A stretch of 6,127 bases of DNA from a virus (taxonomy: Duplodnaviria; Heunggongvirae; Uroviricota; Caudoviricetes), in IMG/VR virus record IMGVR_UViG_2690316099_000002, positions 1 through 6,127 of that record, one strand, 5' to 3'. This document shows positions 1-6,102 of this stretch, one piece after another. The notes below the pieces were generated by a model. It saw only the letters and a program-made list of their open reading frames with translations, searched no databases and was not told where the DNA came from. The position numbers were made by a program, and so were the translations under genes. Position 1 is the stretch's first letter; the number at the start of each line of letters is the position of its first letter.

Positions 1-69
1 GTGCAGAAATCCCTCCGGTTAAGGATTAAATTTTATTTACAGTGCTGGATTTAATTATTCAGATTTGGA

Positions 70-345
70 TTATGCTTTCTCTTCACTCCGGTATACAAGA
101 ATTACAACGTCACCTCTGCTAATCACGCGAGCTGGCTCTCCTGGTTCTATACTGTCAATATCGAAGGTCTCAAAAAACGCATTCATTGCCTTCTGCCGCT
201 GCGTCTGTTTACAGCGTTTATTCCATTCTTTCAGTAACATCAGTGACAGCCACCGCCATGAGCAGAACATGATGTAGCACCAACCAAGAAGCGCCAGCCC
301 CGTATTGAGGGCCGTACCAATCGTCATTGTTGCGTCGATATTCAC
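70..345 (-). CDS. Small hypothetical membrane protein (91 aa from GTG at 345; alternative ATG start at 327)
   Basis: ORF with a hydrophobic stretch (TIGTALNTGLALLGWCYIMFCSWRWLSLMLL), consistent with one or two transmembrane helices. GTG at 343-345 overlaps the upstream stop (GTGA) and is preceded by AGGAGGAGG with a short spacer. No family recognised. Confidence 0.55.
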   Translation of the reverse strand: MNIDATMTIGTALNTGLALLGWCYIMFCSWRWLSLMLLKEWNKRCKQTQRQKAMNAFFETFDIDSIEPGEPARVISRGDVVILVYRSEEKA

Positions 346-638
346 TGTACCTCCTCCTGGAAAATAACTGCATGCCCCAGTTTCTCCGCCAGCGCCAGTT
401 CTGCCTTAGCGCCTGCTGACCGCTGCCAGCCTTTCAGCATGTAAATCGCATCCACACAACGAATCATTGCCATGCAAATATCCATGTAGTGCGGCTGTGT
501 CAGCCCGTCCGGAAGTACTGCCGGGTTTAAGACGGTATGCCCTTCCCGTTTCAGTTCCTCTTCTGCCTTGTGAAACGCCTCACGGTTGAAATTTTCATAC
601 CCCGTCATTGGACCGGCGATATAAACCCTCACCCTCAC
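342..638 (-). CDS. DUF4406-like prophage protein (nucleoside 2-deoxyribosyltransferase-like fold), 98 aa
   Basis: The N-terminus MRVRVYIAGPMTGYENFNREAF...GHTVLNP matches the conserved YIAGPMTG...N...F...G..V.NP signature I recall for DUF4406. GTG start at 636-638 overlaps the upstream stop (GTGA); AGGAGG lies about 7 nt upstream. Confidence 0.7.
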   Translation of the reverse strand: MRVRVYIAGPMTGYENFNREAFHKAEEELKREGHTVLNPAVLPDGLTQPHYMDICMAMIRCVDAIYMLKGWQRSAGAKAELALAEKLGHAVIFQEEVQ

Positions 639-1051
639 GCCATCACCTCCTGAAAATTACCCTGATAAAACGCCAGCACACGCTGCATAACCTTGCTTTT
701 CCGGCACTCGAGACAGATTATGTTCTGACGCCTGTCGTAGTGGCGTATCTCTCCATCTGGTAATGAATAAATCAGGCCAGGGTCGCTCTTCTTTTTCGCT
801 GCACCTTTAGACATCTCTTTATGGGCTTTTATCCAGTCTTTACGTGCCTGCTCAGAAGGGAATATTCCATGCCCTGAACCATATACAACACCACTGTCTA
901 CCAGTTCTTTCGCCAGAACTTCAATCAGATGTCTCGTCGCCCCTGTTTCATTTTCCAGTTGTTTACGCGTTTTCCTACCATCTCTGCGTACCAGTTCCAC
1001 AATACGCGCCTTTACTTCTTCCCGTTGTTCGGGAGTAAAAACTTTTACCAT
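635..1051 (-). CDS. Hypothetical phage protein, 138 aa, possibly DNA-binding
   Basis: ATG at 1049-1051 preceded by AGGAGGA at good spacing, 14 bp downstream of the preceding gene's stop. Basic, charged N-terminal region; no confident family match from sequence alone. Confidence 0.7.
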   Translation of the reverse strand: MVKVFTPEQREEVKARIVELVRRDGRKTRKQLENETGATRHLIEVLAKELVDSGVVYGSGHGIFPSEQARKDWIKAHKEMSKGAAKKKSDPGLIYSLPDGEIRHYDRRQNIICLECRKSKVMQRVLAFYQGNFQEVMA

Positions 1052-1065
1052 AAGTCCTCCTGAAA

Positions 1066-1569
1066 TTACTTCACAACCCTCAGGTGTCTGACATTCGAAC
1101 GCCAGCTCTCCCAGTTAAAATTCACCCAGCGACCACCGTTCATGACCATGCGGTCCATCACACGCTCGCCAAGAAGCGTACTCATCGCTACGTGGTTCAG
1201 GTTCGTCAGCATTCCGACACTACGCATCGAAGCAGTTCTGCGGTCGACTATCTGGTTCAGTGTGACCTGCTCGTTGCGCGTATCCCGCTGCATTCCGATT
1301 TCATCCAGGACAAGCAGGTCAACATCACACAACCCCTGTAAAAATTTTTCGCCTGAGTTTTTGTTGTCGTAGCTGTTGTGTAACGCCAGCATCACATCAG
1401 CCACCGTTATCACAATCACGCTGCGACCTTTCGCCAGAAGATGATTGCCAATGGCGGCTGCAAGGTGGTTCTTTCCGGTACCCGGCTTACCGCTGAACAC
1501 AAAATTCGTGCACCCTGTCATCAGTTCGTCAGCGATGGATTTTGCCTGGACGTCAAATACAGTTTCCAT
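1066..1569 (-). CDS. N-terminally truncated DnaC-like AAA+ ATPase (about 167 aa from ATG at 1569; the ORF track extends to a TTG at 1587)
   Basis: Roughly 80% identical to residues ~89-248 of the upstream 248-aa DnaC-like protein. Walker A (GKPGTGKNHLAAA) and Walker B (DLLVLDEIG) are intact. Own ATG preceded by GGAGGA; the DnaB-binding N-terminal region is absent. Confidence 0.75.
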   Translation of the reverse strand: METVFDVQAKSIADELMTGCTNFVFSGKPGTGKNHLAAAIGNHLLAKGRSVIVITVADVMLALHNSYDNKNSGEKFLQGLCDVDLLVLDEIGMQRDTRNEQVTLNQIVDRRTASMRSVGMLTNLNHVAMSTLLGERVMDRMVMNGGRWVNFNWESWRSNVRHLRVVK

Positions 1570-2073
1570 TAAAACATCCTCCAACAAAAATTACTTCACA
1601 ACTCCCGGAAAGCTGACATTTGAACGCCAGCTATCCCAGTTAAACGTCACCCACCGACAACCGTTCATGGTCATGCGGTCCATAATCCTCTCACCAAGAA
1701 GCGTGCTCATTGCGGCATGATTCAGGTTTGTTAACATCCCGACACTGCACAGTGATGCTGTCCGGCGATCAATTATCTGGTGCAATACCACCTGCTCGTT
1801 TTTCGTCTCCCGCTGAATGCCTATTTCATCCAGGACCAGCAAATCAACCCCGCAAAGCTCCTGTAAAAATTTTTCACCGGATTTGCCGTTGTCGTAGCTG
1901 TCATGCAACACGCTCATGACATCAGACTCGGTGACGATAATCACGCTGCGCCCCTTCGCCATCAGCCGGTTACCCATCGCCGCTGCAAGGTGATTTTTCC
2001 CGGTGCCGGTTTTACCGCTGAACACAAAATTCGTGCACCCTGTCATCAGTTCGTCAGCGATGGATTTTGCCTG
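1066..2073. repeat. Tandem direct duplication (period about 525 bp, roughly 80% identity) spanning the AAA+ portions of the two DnaC-like genes
   Basis: 1066..1548 aligns with 1591..2073 at the protein level and, by eye, at the nucleotide level. Both copies end ...AATTACTTCACAAC. Identity is estimated from the translations, not computed. Confidence 0.7.
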
Positions 2074-2337
2074 GTTCAGCGCATGTTTTTGCCCGTCGTT
2101 CTGCACCTGATAATTCGCAAACGAGCATTTGCTGTGCAGAGGCTGGATGCCCGAACGATTCAGGATTTTTTCCACCCGCAACTGGCGATTCTGGCGGTTG
2201 ATCTCCTCGCTACGTTTTCGCCCTTCTGCCAGTTGCCACTCGCGCCACTCATCCACTGTCCGGTACGGCGCGATTACATGCTGCGGGGTCAGCTTACGGA
2301 TACGCTCAAGAACACCACCTGCCGCGATATTTTTCAT
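1591..2337 (-). CDS. DnaC-like replicative helicase loader (prophage YdaV-type), 248 aa
   Basis: Full-length similarity to DnaC as I recall it: N-terminal region with NRSGIQPLH...CSFANYQV, Walker A GKTGTGKNHLAAA, Walker B DLLVLDEIG, C-terminal LGERIMDRM. ATG at 2335-2337, 6 nt downstream of the preceding stop. Confidence 0.85.
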   Translation of the reverse strand: MKNIAAGGVLERIRKLTPQHVIAPYRTVDEWREWQLAEGRKRSEEINRQNRQLRVEKILNRSGIQPLHSKCSFANYQVQNDGQKHALNQAKSIADELMTGCTNFVFSGKTGTGKNHLAAAMGNRLMAKGRSVIIVTESDVMSVLHDSYDNGKSGEKFLQELCGVDLLVLDEIGIQRETKNEQVVLHQIIDRRTASLCSVGMLTNLNHAAMSTLLGERIMDRMTMNGCRWVTFNWDSWRSNVSFPGVVK

Positions 2338-2343
2338 GGCCCG

Positions 2344-3309
2344 TTACCCCCTGAACCCCGGCGGAATTTCGGTATCCGGCTCAGAAATATGATTCACACA
2401 ACGCTGTACAGACGAACGCCCCAGGCGGATAACCAGTTCATCCCATTTTCCGCGAAGCTTTGACGGACTCATGATATTTTTTACCCAGAATGGATCCCGC
2501 TGCGCCCGACCAAACATTTCACAAATTTGTCTGTGAGTTCTGCCATCCAGCATCCGCATTGTGCGCACGTCGTTGGCCCATGCGGTCCAGTTGGGTTCTT
2601 TCGGTCGCGAAATCTCGCCATCATCGCTGGCGGCCTGCTCGTAAAGACTCACGATTCGCCCCCAGATCCACTGCGCACACGCCAAATCTTCCTGGTTGCC
2701 CCACTGGCGTTTTTTTGCACTGAACACAACCGCGTCAGGGTGTCGGGTTAAAAAATCCTGTTCAACCGTCTGCGGGTCCGGTTGCGAAGCTTCCGGACGA
2801 GAAGTGTTTTTATTCTCTGTAGTAATCTCTGTTGTATTCTCTGTAAGATCATCAGGCCATTTTGACCCGATGACATTGAGTCGTTTTGAACCAATGGAAC
2901 GTGCCATTTTGGCCTCTTCCATCGTGTCATTCTGACCTGATGGAGCAGCGCATTTTGACCTGATGGATTCGCTCACTTTGCCACCATCTAAAAGCTCGCT
3001 CTCGTAATTAATCGTGTAAAAATTAGTCATATCACGCTTTGATTTATTGAGCTTTTCGCAACGCAAAAGCCCCAGCGTTTTCAGACTGGCAAATGCGCGT
3101 TTTAACGTTGACTCTGACCAGAACGGGAACTGCTCCAGCCATTGTTCTGTTGTGTTATAAATCCAGCGAACACCATCACATTCCATGCCGGAACCGGTAT
3201 CTCTCAACCAGTAGTGCAGTTGTTGCAAAACAATGGCTTCGTTTAAGCCAATTTTCATTGCCAGCTGCGTGTTTATAACCAGTGGGCGTTCAGCAAAAAG
3301 AAGGCTCAT
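2344..3309 (-). CDS. Phage replication initiation protein (replisome-organiser / O-like, N-terminal HTH), about 321 aa
   Basis: Long ORF immediately upstream of the DnaC-like gene, the usual position of the initiator. N-terminal HTH-like segment (LAMKIGLNEAIVLQQLHYWL). The track's start at 3363 is a TTG; the first ATG is at 3307-3309 (used here), overlapping the upstream gene by 20 bp. Start is uncertain; another ATG lies at 3256-3258. Confidence 0.7.
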   Translation of the reverse strand: MSLLFAERPLVINTQLAMKIGLNEAIVLQQLHYWLRDTGSGMECDGVRWIYNTTEQWLEQFPFWSESTLKRAFASLKTLGLLRCEKLNKSKRDMTNFYTINYESELLDGGKVSESIRSKCAAPSGQNDTMEEAKMARSIGSKRLNVIGSKWPDDLTENTTEITTENKNTSRPEASQPDPQTVEQDFLTRHPDAVVFSAKKRQWGNQEDLACAQWIWGRIVSLYEQAASDDGEISRPKEPNWTAWANDVRTMRMLDGRTHRQICEMFGRAQRDPFWVKNIMSPSKLRGKWDELVIRLGRSSVQRCVNHISEPDTEIPPGFRG

Positions 3310-3811
3310 AATTCCATCCAGCTTTTTGTTGGTATTGCTGTCGATACGCAAGTTTGAAAGCAATGGCTTTTTCTATAAGTTCGTCAGTTTCACGATCCAC
3401 TACAGCTGGATCTGCAAAAAGCAGCCCGGACTCCACCACATCGCCATATTCTTTGTTTAACCCGGCGATCATGTACGTGATGCTTTTTCCGTCACTAATT
3501 TCACGATACAACCTGAAATCATTAATCCGGATAGCCTCCATAATTGCCGGAATCAGCGCCGTGAATTTTTTCCGCTTATCCCTGGTGTCGATAGCTTTCC
3601 AGCGTTCGAATATCTTCACCCGGTTAACGCCCAGCGCCCGTTGATCAACCTCGCCATCATTAAACGTGACGCGTTGAACATCGATGTTCGGGCGTTCTTT
3701 CAGAGCCCAGAATGCTTCCGTGATTAATATCGTCGCCTGCTCCTGTGTCATTCCTGGTCGGCACACCCAGGCATCCAGAGCCTCACAAACCTGTTCAGGG
3801 GTGATTTTCAT
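3290..3811 (-). CDS. YdaT-like protein (putative toxin YdaT family), 173 aa
   Basis: Sits directly downstream of the Cro-like gene, as ydaT follows ydaS in Rac-type prophages. ATG at 3809-3811 overlaps the DicC-like 3' end by 17 bp. Family assignment is from position and general sequence character, not a verified alignment. Confidence 0.65.
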   Translation of the reverse strand: MKITPEQVCEALDAWVCRPGMTQEQATILITEAFWALKERPNIDVQRVTFNDGEVDQRALGVNRVKIFERWKAIDTRDKRKKFTALIPAIMEAIRINDFRLYREISDGKSITYMIAGLNKEYGDVVESGLLFADPAVVDRETDELIEKAIAFKLAYRQQYQQKAGWNYEPSFC

Positions 3812-4022
3812 TGTTCAACCGCCCCGCCCGCTTCGTCTTACGATATTCGTCATAAACTTTGGGATCATACTGAAGCTCCCCGCCAGATGCCTCTTGCAGG
3901 CGCATCGCGCGACCTTCAGGAACCAGTTCCCCCCATTGAGAAACAGCAGATGGATCAACACCAGCAGCTTTCGCTACTTTGGCTTTCGTCCCATAAAAAT
4001 TAATTACGTCTGATTTAAACAT
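3795..4022 (-). CDS. dicC: DicC-like Cro-type regulator, about 75 aa
   Basis: The C-terminal two-thirds (GELVPEGRAMRLQEASGGELQYDPKVYDEYRKTKRAGRLNNENH) closely match my recollection of E. coli DicC. ATG at 4020-4022 preceded by GGAGGGG. The track's longer start at 4049 is a TTG lying inside the operator-like palindrome. Confidence 0.8.
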   Translation of the reverse strand: MFKSDVINFYGTKAKVAKAAGVDPSAVSQWGELVPEGRAMRLQEASGGELQYDPKVYDEYRKTKRAGRLNNENHP

Positions 4023-4034
4023 CACCCCTCCAAA

Positions 4035-4050
4035 ATTGAGTTTTCTCAAT
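4035..4050. promoter_or_regulatory. Operator-like inverted repeat ATTGAG-N4-CTCAAT in the dicC/dicA divergent promoter region
   Basis: Perfect 6-bp inverted half-sites with a TTTT spacer. A near-identical copy lies at 4568..4583. CTCAAG/TCAAGG half-site-like direct repeats follow at 4058..4080. Confidence 0.55.
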
Positions 4051-4099
4051 AGTAATCACTCAAGGAATCTCAAGTCAAGGGTTATTAAGATATCTAAAT

Positions 4100-4507
4100 A
4101 TGAACGAGAAAACTTTAGGTCAACGAATTAGAGAAAGACGCAAACAGGTTGGTTTAAGTCAAAACGATTTAAGCAAAGCCGCTGGCGTATCTGGCTCATC
4201 AATTTCACTATGGGAAAGCGACCATACAGCCCCGCGTGGGCAAAATTTGCATCGCCTGGCTGAGGTATTGCAATGTTCACCAACTTGGATACTGTTTGGT
4301 GACGAGGATAAAACACCAGATCCACCAGTTGCACTCAACAGCGCCTTAGACTTATCGGAAGATGAGTTGGAGATGTTGCGATTGTATCGCGCACTTCCAA
4401 AATCAGAGCAGCAAGCACAAATCAGCGAACTCCGTGCCCGCGTTGAGAATTTTAATCGCCTATTCACCGAGCTACTAGAAGCTCGCAAACGTAACAAACA
4501 TCAGTAA
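4100..4507 (+). CDS. dicA: DicA-like XRE-family HTH repressor (CI-type), 135 aa
   Basis: N-terminal HTH (GQRIRERRKQVGLSQNDLSKAAGVSGSSISLWE) and the motif LQCSPTWILFGDEDK, plus a C-terminal segment SEQ...RARVENFNRLF.ELL.A, all close to my recollection of Qin DicA, which has the same length. No clear Shine-Dalgarno upstream of the ATG. Confidence 0.9.
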   Translation: MNEKTLGQRIRERRKQVGLSQNDLSKAAGVSGSSISLWESDHTAPRGQNLHRLAEVLQCSPTWILFGDEDKTPDPPVALNSALDLSEDELEMLRLYRALPKSEQQAQISELRARVENFNRLFTELLEARKRNKHQ

Positions 4508-4524
4508 TCCCCTTCACAAATTTT

Positions 4525-4558
4525 AAAGCCTTACATTTCAATGTATTGGCTTTATTTT
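4525..4558 (+). terminator. Putative intrinsic terminator downstream of dicA
   Basis: AAAGCC (4525-4530) pairs with GGCTTT (4548-4553), with additional inner pairing ACAT/ATGT, followed by ATTTTG. The stem is AT-rich, so it is probably a weak terminator. Confidence 0.4.
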
Positions 4559-4567
4559 GCATTAAAT

Positions 4568-4620
4568 ATTGAGTTTTCTCATTAAAAGCACTTGACCAAC
4601 AGTCATGAGAAAACTAAATT
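4568..4620 (+). promoter_or_regulatory. Second operator-like repeat (ATTGAGttttCTCATT, 4568..4583) with a candidate sigma70 promoter for the leftward operon
   Basis: The repeat matches the 4035..4050 site at 15 of 16 positions. It is followed by a -35-like TTGACC (4592-4597), a 17-bp spacer and a -10-like TAAATT (4615-4620). Confidence 0.45.
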
Positions 4621-4696
4621 ACCACCCATCAAGACACCGCACGGTGTTCTCAGCAAACAGTTCCGCTACCCGGCGTTAAGGGGAAATGAGGTCAAC

Positions 4697-4849
4697 ATGG
4701 ATACTATCGATCTTGGTAACAACGAATCTCTGGTGTACGGCGTGTTTCCCAACCAGGACGGCACATTCACCGCGATGACGTATACCAAAAGCAAAACGTT
4801 TAAAACCGAAGCTGGCGCGCATCGCTGGTTAGCAAGAAACTCTGACTGA
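4697..4849 (+). CDS. ydfA: YdfA-like small protein (DUF1391), 50 aa
   Basis: ATG at 4697 preceded by GAGG. Size and position (first gene after dicA, same strand) match ydfA of Qin. The longer track ORF from 4592 has no RBS and includes the promoter region. Confidence 0.65.
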   Translation: MDTIDLGNNESLVYGVFPNQDGTFTAMTYTKSKTFKTEAGAHRWLARNSD

Positions 4850-4860
4850 TGAGGTTGACG

Positions 4861-5499
4861 ATGGAATTTAAAGATTTACCTACTTCAATCCAGGAGATTG
4901 CAGCACACACACTTCGTCATCGTCTGAACGAACTTGCATTGGAATCGGTAACGAAAAAAGACACTGATAATATGGCTCGTAATGTGCGCGATGCGTTTAC
5001 CGGATTGTATTTCTGTGCGTCTGTAAATAAACACGACTCAGATAGTGTGGCAAATAAAATTGCAGAAACGACAGCGCAAAACATCAATACGAAACCAACG
5101 GAAGAAGAAATTGATCAGTTTGCTCATGATGCTGGTTTAAAAAACAAGAAAGAAAAATCGCCATATGCGGGGAACATGTTTGTTTATGACAATCTCATCA
5201 GAATTCGTGGCGAAATTCCGGCGGAATACCTGGCAAGAGTCCATCAGGCATTGCTTAAAAATCTGGAAACAGAATTATTTGATGGCAACACTAACGGTTT
5301 CTTCATGGTATCAGGCCTTGAGAAAGACTGGGATGCAGAAAAACGCTGGAATGTTGCCACATGGTTATTCAGTAACAGAGCCGCTGCCCTGGAAGCTTCG
5401 GCATGTATTTGCGGCCTGTTCTTAACAGACCACAAATATAATCTGGATGTGTACAGTTATATTTACGCTGAACACGGTCCGCTCTGGATTGACTGGTAA
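4861..5499 (+). CDS. Hypothetical protein, 212 aa, in an AT-rich insert (candidate moron)
   Basis: ATG at 4861 preceded by GAGG with about 7 nt spacing. The track's start at 4849 overlaps the ydfA stop (ATGA) and is an alternative. Visibly lower GC than the replication module. No recognisable family. Confidence 0.7.
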   Translation: MEFKDLPTSIQEIAAHTLRHRLNELALESVTKKDTDNMARNVRDAFTGLYFCASVNKHDSDSVANKIAETTAQNINTKPTEEEIDQFAHDAGLKNKKEKSPYAGNMFVYDNLIRIRGEIPAEYLARVHQALLKNLETELFDGNTNGFFMVSGLEKDWDAEKRWNVATWLFSNRAAALEASACICGLFLTDHKYNLDVYSYIYAEHGPLWIDW

Positions 5500-5709
5500 T
5501 TATAAGGAAACACCAGCAGGGCCGAGGCGACCAACTGAACGATTAAAATCAATAATGCCATTATAAAGGACATTATTTAATTTATCGTCGAATGCTGATT
5601 CTGTGAGCCTCAACTCTGAATGAGTTTTTAATAACCCTGATTGCCTGAGTTGATTTACCAGGCATTCAATCTGTTTTTCAATAAGCGGATTTCTTTTTTT
5701 GTTTGGCAT
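5500..5709 (-). CDS. Hypothetical small basic protein, 69 aa, convergent with the 212-aa ORF
   Basis: ATG at 5707-5709 preceded by GGAGGA at 4-5 nt. Very AT-rich. Its stop is immediately adjacent to the stop of the plus-strand 212-aa ORF (5497-5499 / 5500-5502). Basic N-terminus (MPNKKRNPLIEKQ) suggests possible nucleic-acid binding. Confidence 0.55.
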   Translation of the reverse strand: MPNKKRNPLIEKQIECLVNQLRQSGLLKTHSELRLTESAFDDKLNNVLYNGIIDFNRSVGRLGPAGVSL

Positions 5710-6044
5710 TTTATCCTCCATTGAGGTTCTGGGTTAAAAATGGAGACCAACACGCTGCCACGTGTGGTCGTGCGCCGGACACGGATAAGAATCCGGTACT
5801 GACAGTTTACTGAAAGGATATATCCCTGAAAAGCCAGGGCATAACGCGAAAGCGCACGGCGAAGTTCGTCTCACTGTACGGTGTCGTTAAATTTAATTCG
5901 ACCGTGCGCTTCCGGTTGTGGCACTCCGCGAAATGGCGCGGCGGTAAGTATGGCGGGGTTATTCCTCCCCCATTGAGACACCGGGTTGCCAGGTTGACCA
6001 TACGCTTAAGTGACAACCCCGCTGCAACGCCCTCTGTTATCAAT

Positions 6045-6097
6045 TTTCTGGTGACGTTTGGTGGTATCAGTTTTACTCCGTGACTGCTCTGCTGCCC
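6045..6097 (+). ncRNA. dicF: DicF-like antisense sRNA (ftsZ-targeting cell-division inhibitor RNA)
   Basis: TTTCTGGTGACGTTTGGTGGTATCAGTTTTACTCCGTGACTGCTCTGCTGCCC matches the roughly 53-nt E. coli DicF sequence as I recall it, apart from two C-to-T changes in the terminal stem. It is followed by TTTTT. Confidence 0.7.
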
Positions 6098-6102
6098 TTT
6101 TT
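6058..6102 (+). terminator. Intrinsic terminator forming the DicF 3' end
   Basis: GGTGGTA (6060-6066) can pair with TGCTGCC (6090-6096) using G-U wobbles, with inner CAG/CTG pairing, followed by a T5 run at 6098-6102. Confidence 0.55.

Noticed and set aside
9-29. Short inverted repeat AATCC...GGATT near the window start
   Set aside because: A 5-bp stem with a 10-nt loop and no adjacent T-run in either orientation is too weak to call a terminator or operator.
65-277. Plus-strand 70-aa ORF at the left edge
   Set aside because: It has a TTG start, no RBS, and is antisense to the minus-strand membrane-protein gene.
844-2463. Plus-strand ORFs 844..1038, 1084..1341, 1142..1372, 1445..1720, 1710..1919, 1903..2463 and 2129..2392
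   Set aside because: All lie antisense to well-supported minus-strand genes (DnaC-like genes and the 138-aa ORF). They lack RBSs and have biased, low-complexity composition, so they are shadow ORFs.
2490-3644. Plus-strand ORFs 2490..2723, 2527..2751, 2696..2935, 3093..3278, 3233..3460 and 3354..3644, and the minus-strand ORF 2748..2930
   Set aside because: They are antisense to, or out of frame within, the replication-initiator and YdaT-like genes, with no translation signals. They are frame shadows.
3684-4013. Plus-strand ORF antisense to dicC and the YdaT-like gene
   Set aside because: It overlaps two supported minus-strand genes and has no RBS or recognisable protein features.
4128-4497. 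Minus-strand ORFs 4128..4334 and 4159..4497 inside dicA
   Set aside because: They are antisense to the strongly supported DicA-like CDS, and the 4159..4497 translation is Ser/Arg-rich, typical of a shadow frame.
4592-4696. N-terminal extension of the ydfA-like ORF (track ORF 4592..4849, 85 aa)
   Set aside because: The extension covers the putative promoter and has no RBS, whereas the internal ATG at 4697 has an SD and gives the expected ~50-aa product.
5165-5435. ORFs 5165..5425 (+) and 5244..5435 (-) inside the 212-aa gene
   Set aside because: Both are alternative-frame or antisense readings within the longer ORF that has an RBS, so they are not independently supported.
5807-6043. Minus-strand 78-aa ORF in the region upstream of dicF
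   Set aside because: It starts at a TTG with no RBS, has Gly/Pro/Arg-rich low-complexity composition, and lies in a region better explained as structured non-coding leader. It is likely spurious, though it is the only long ORF in this gap.
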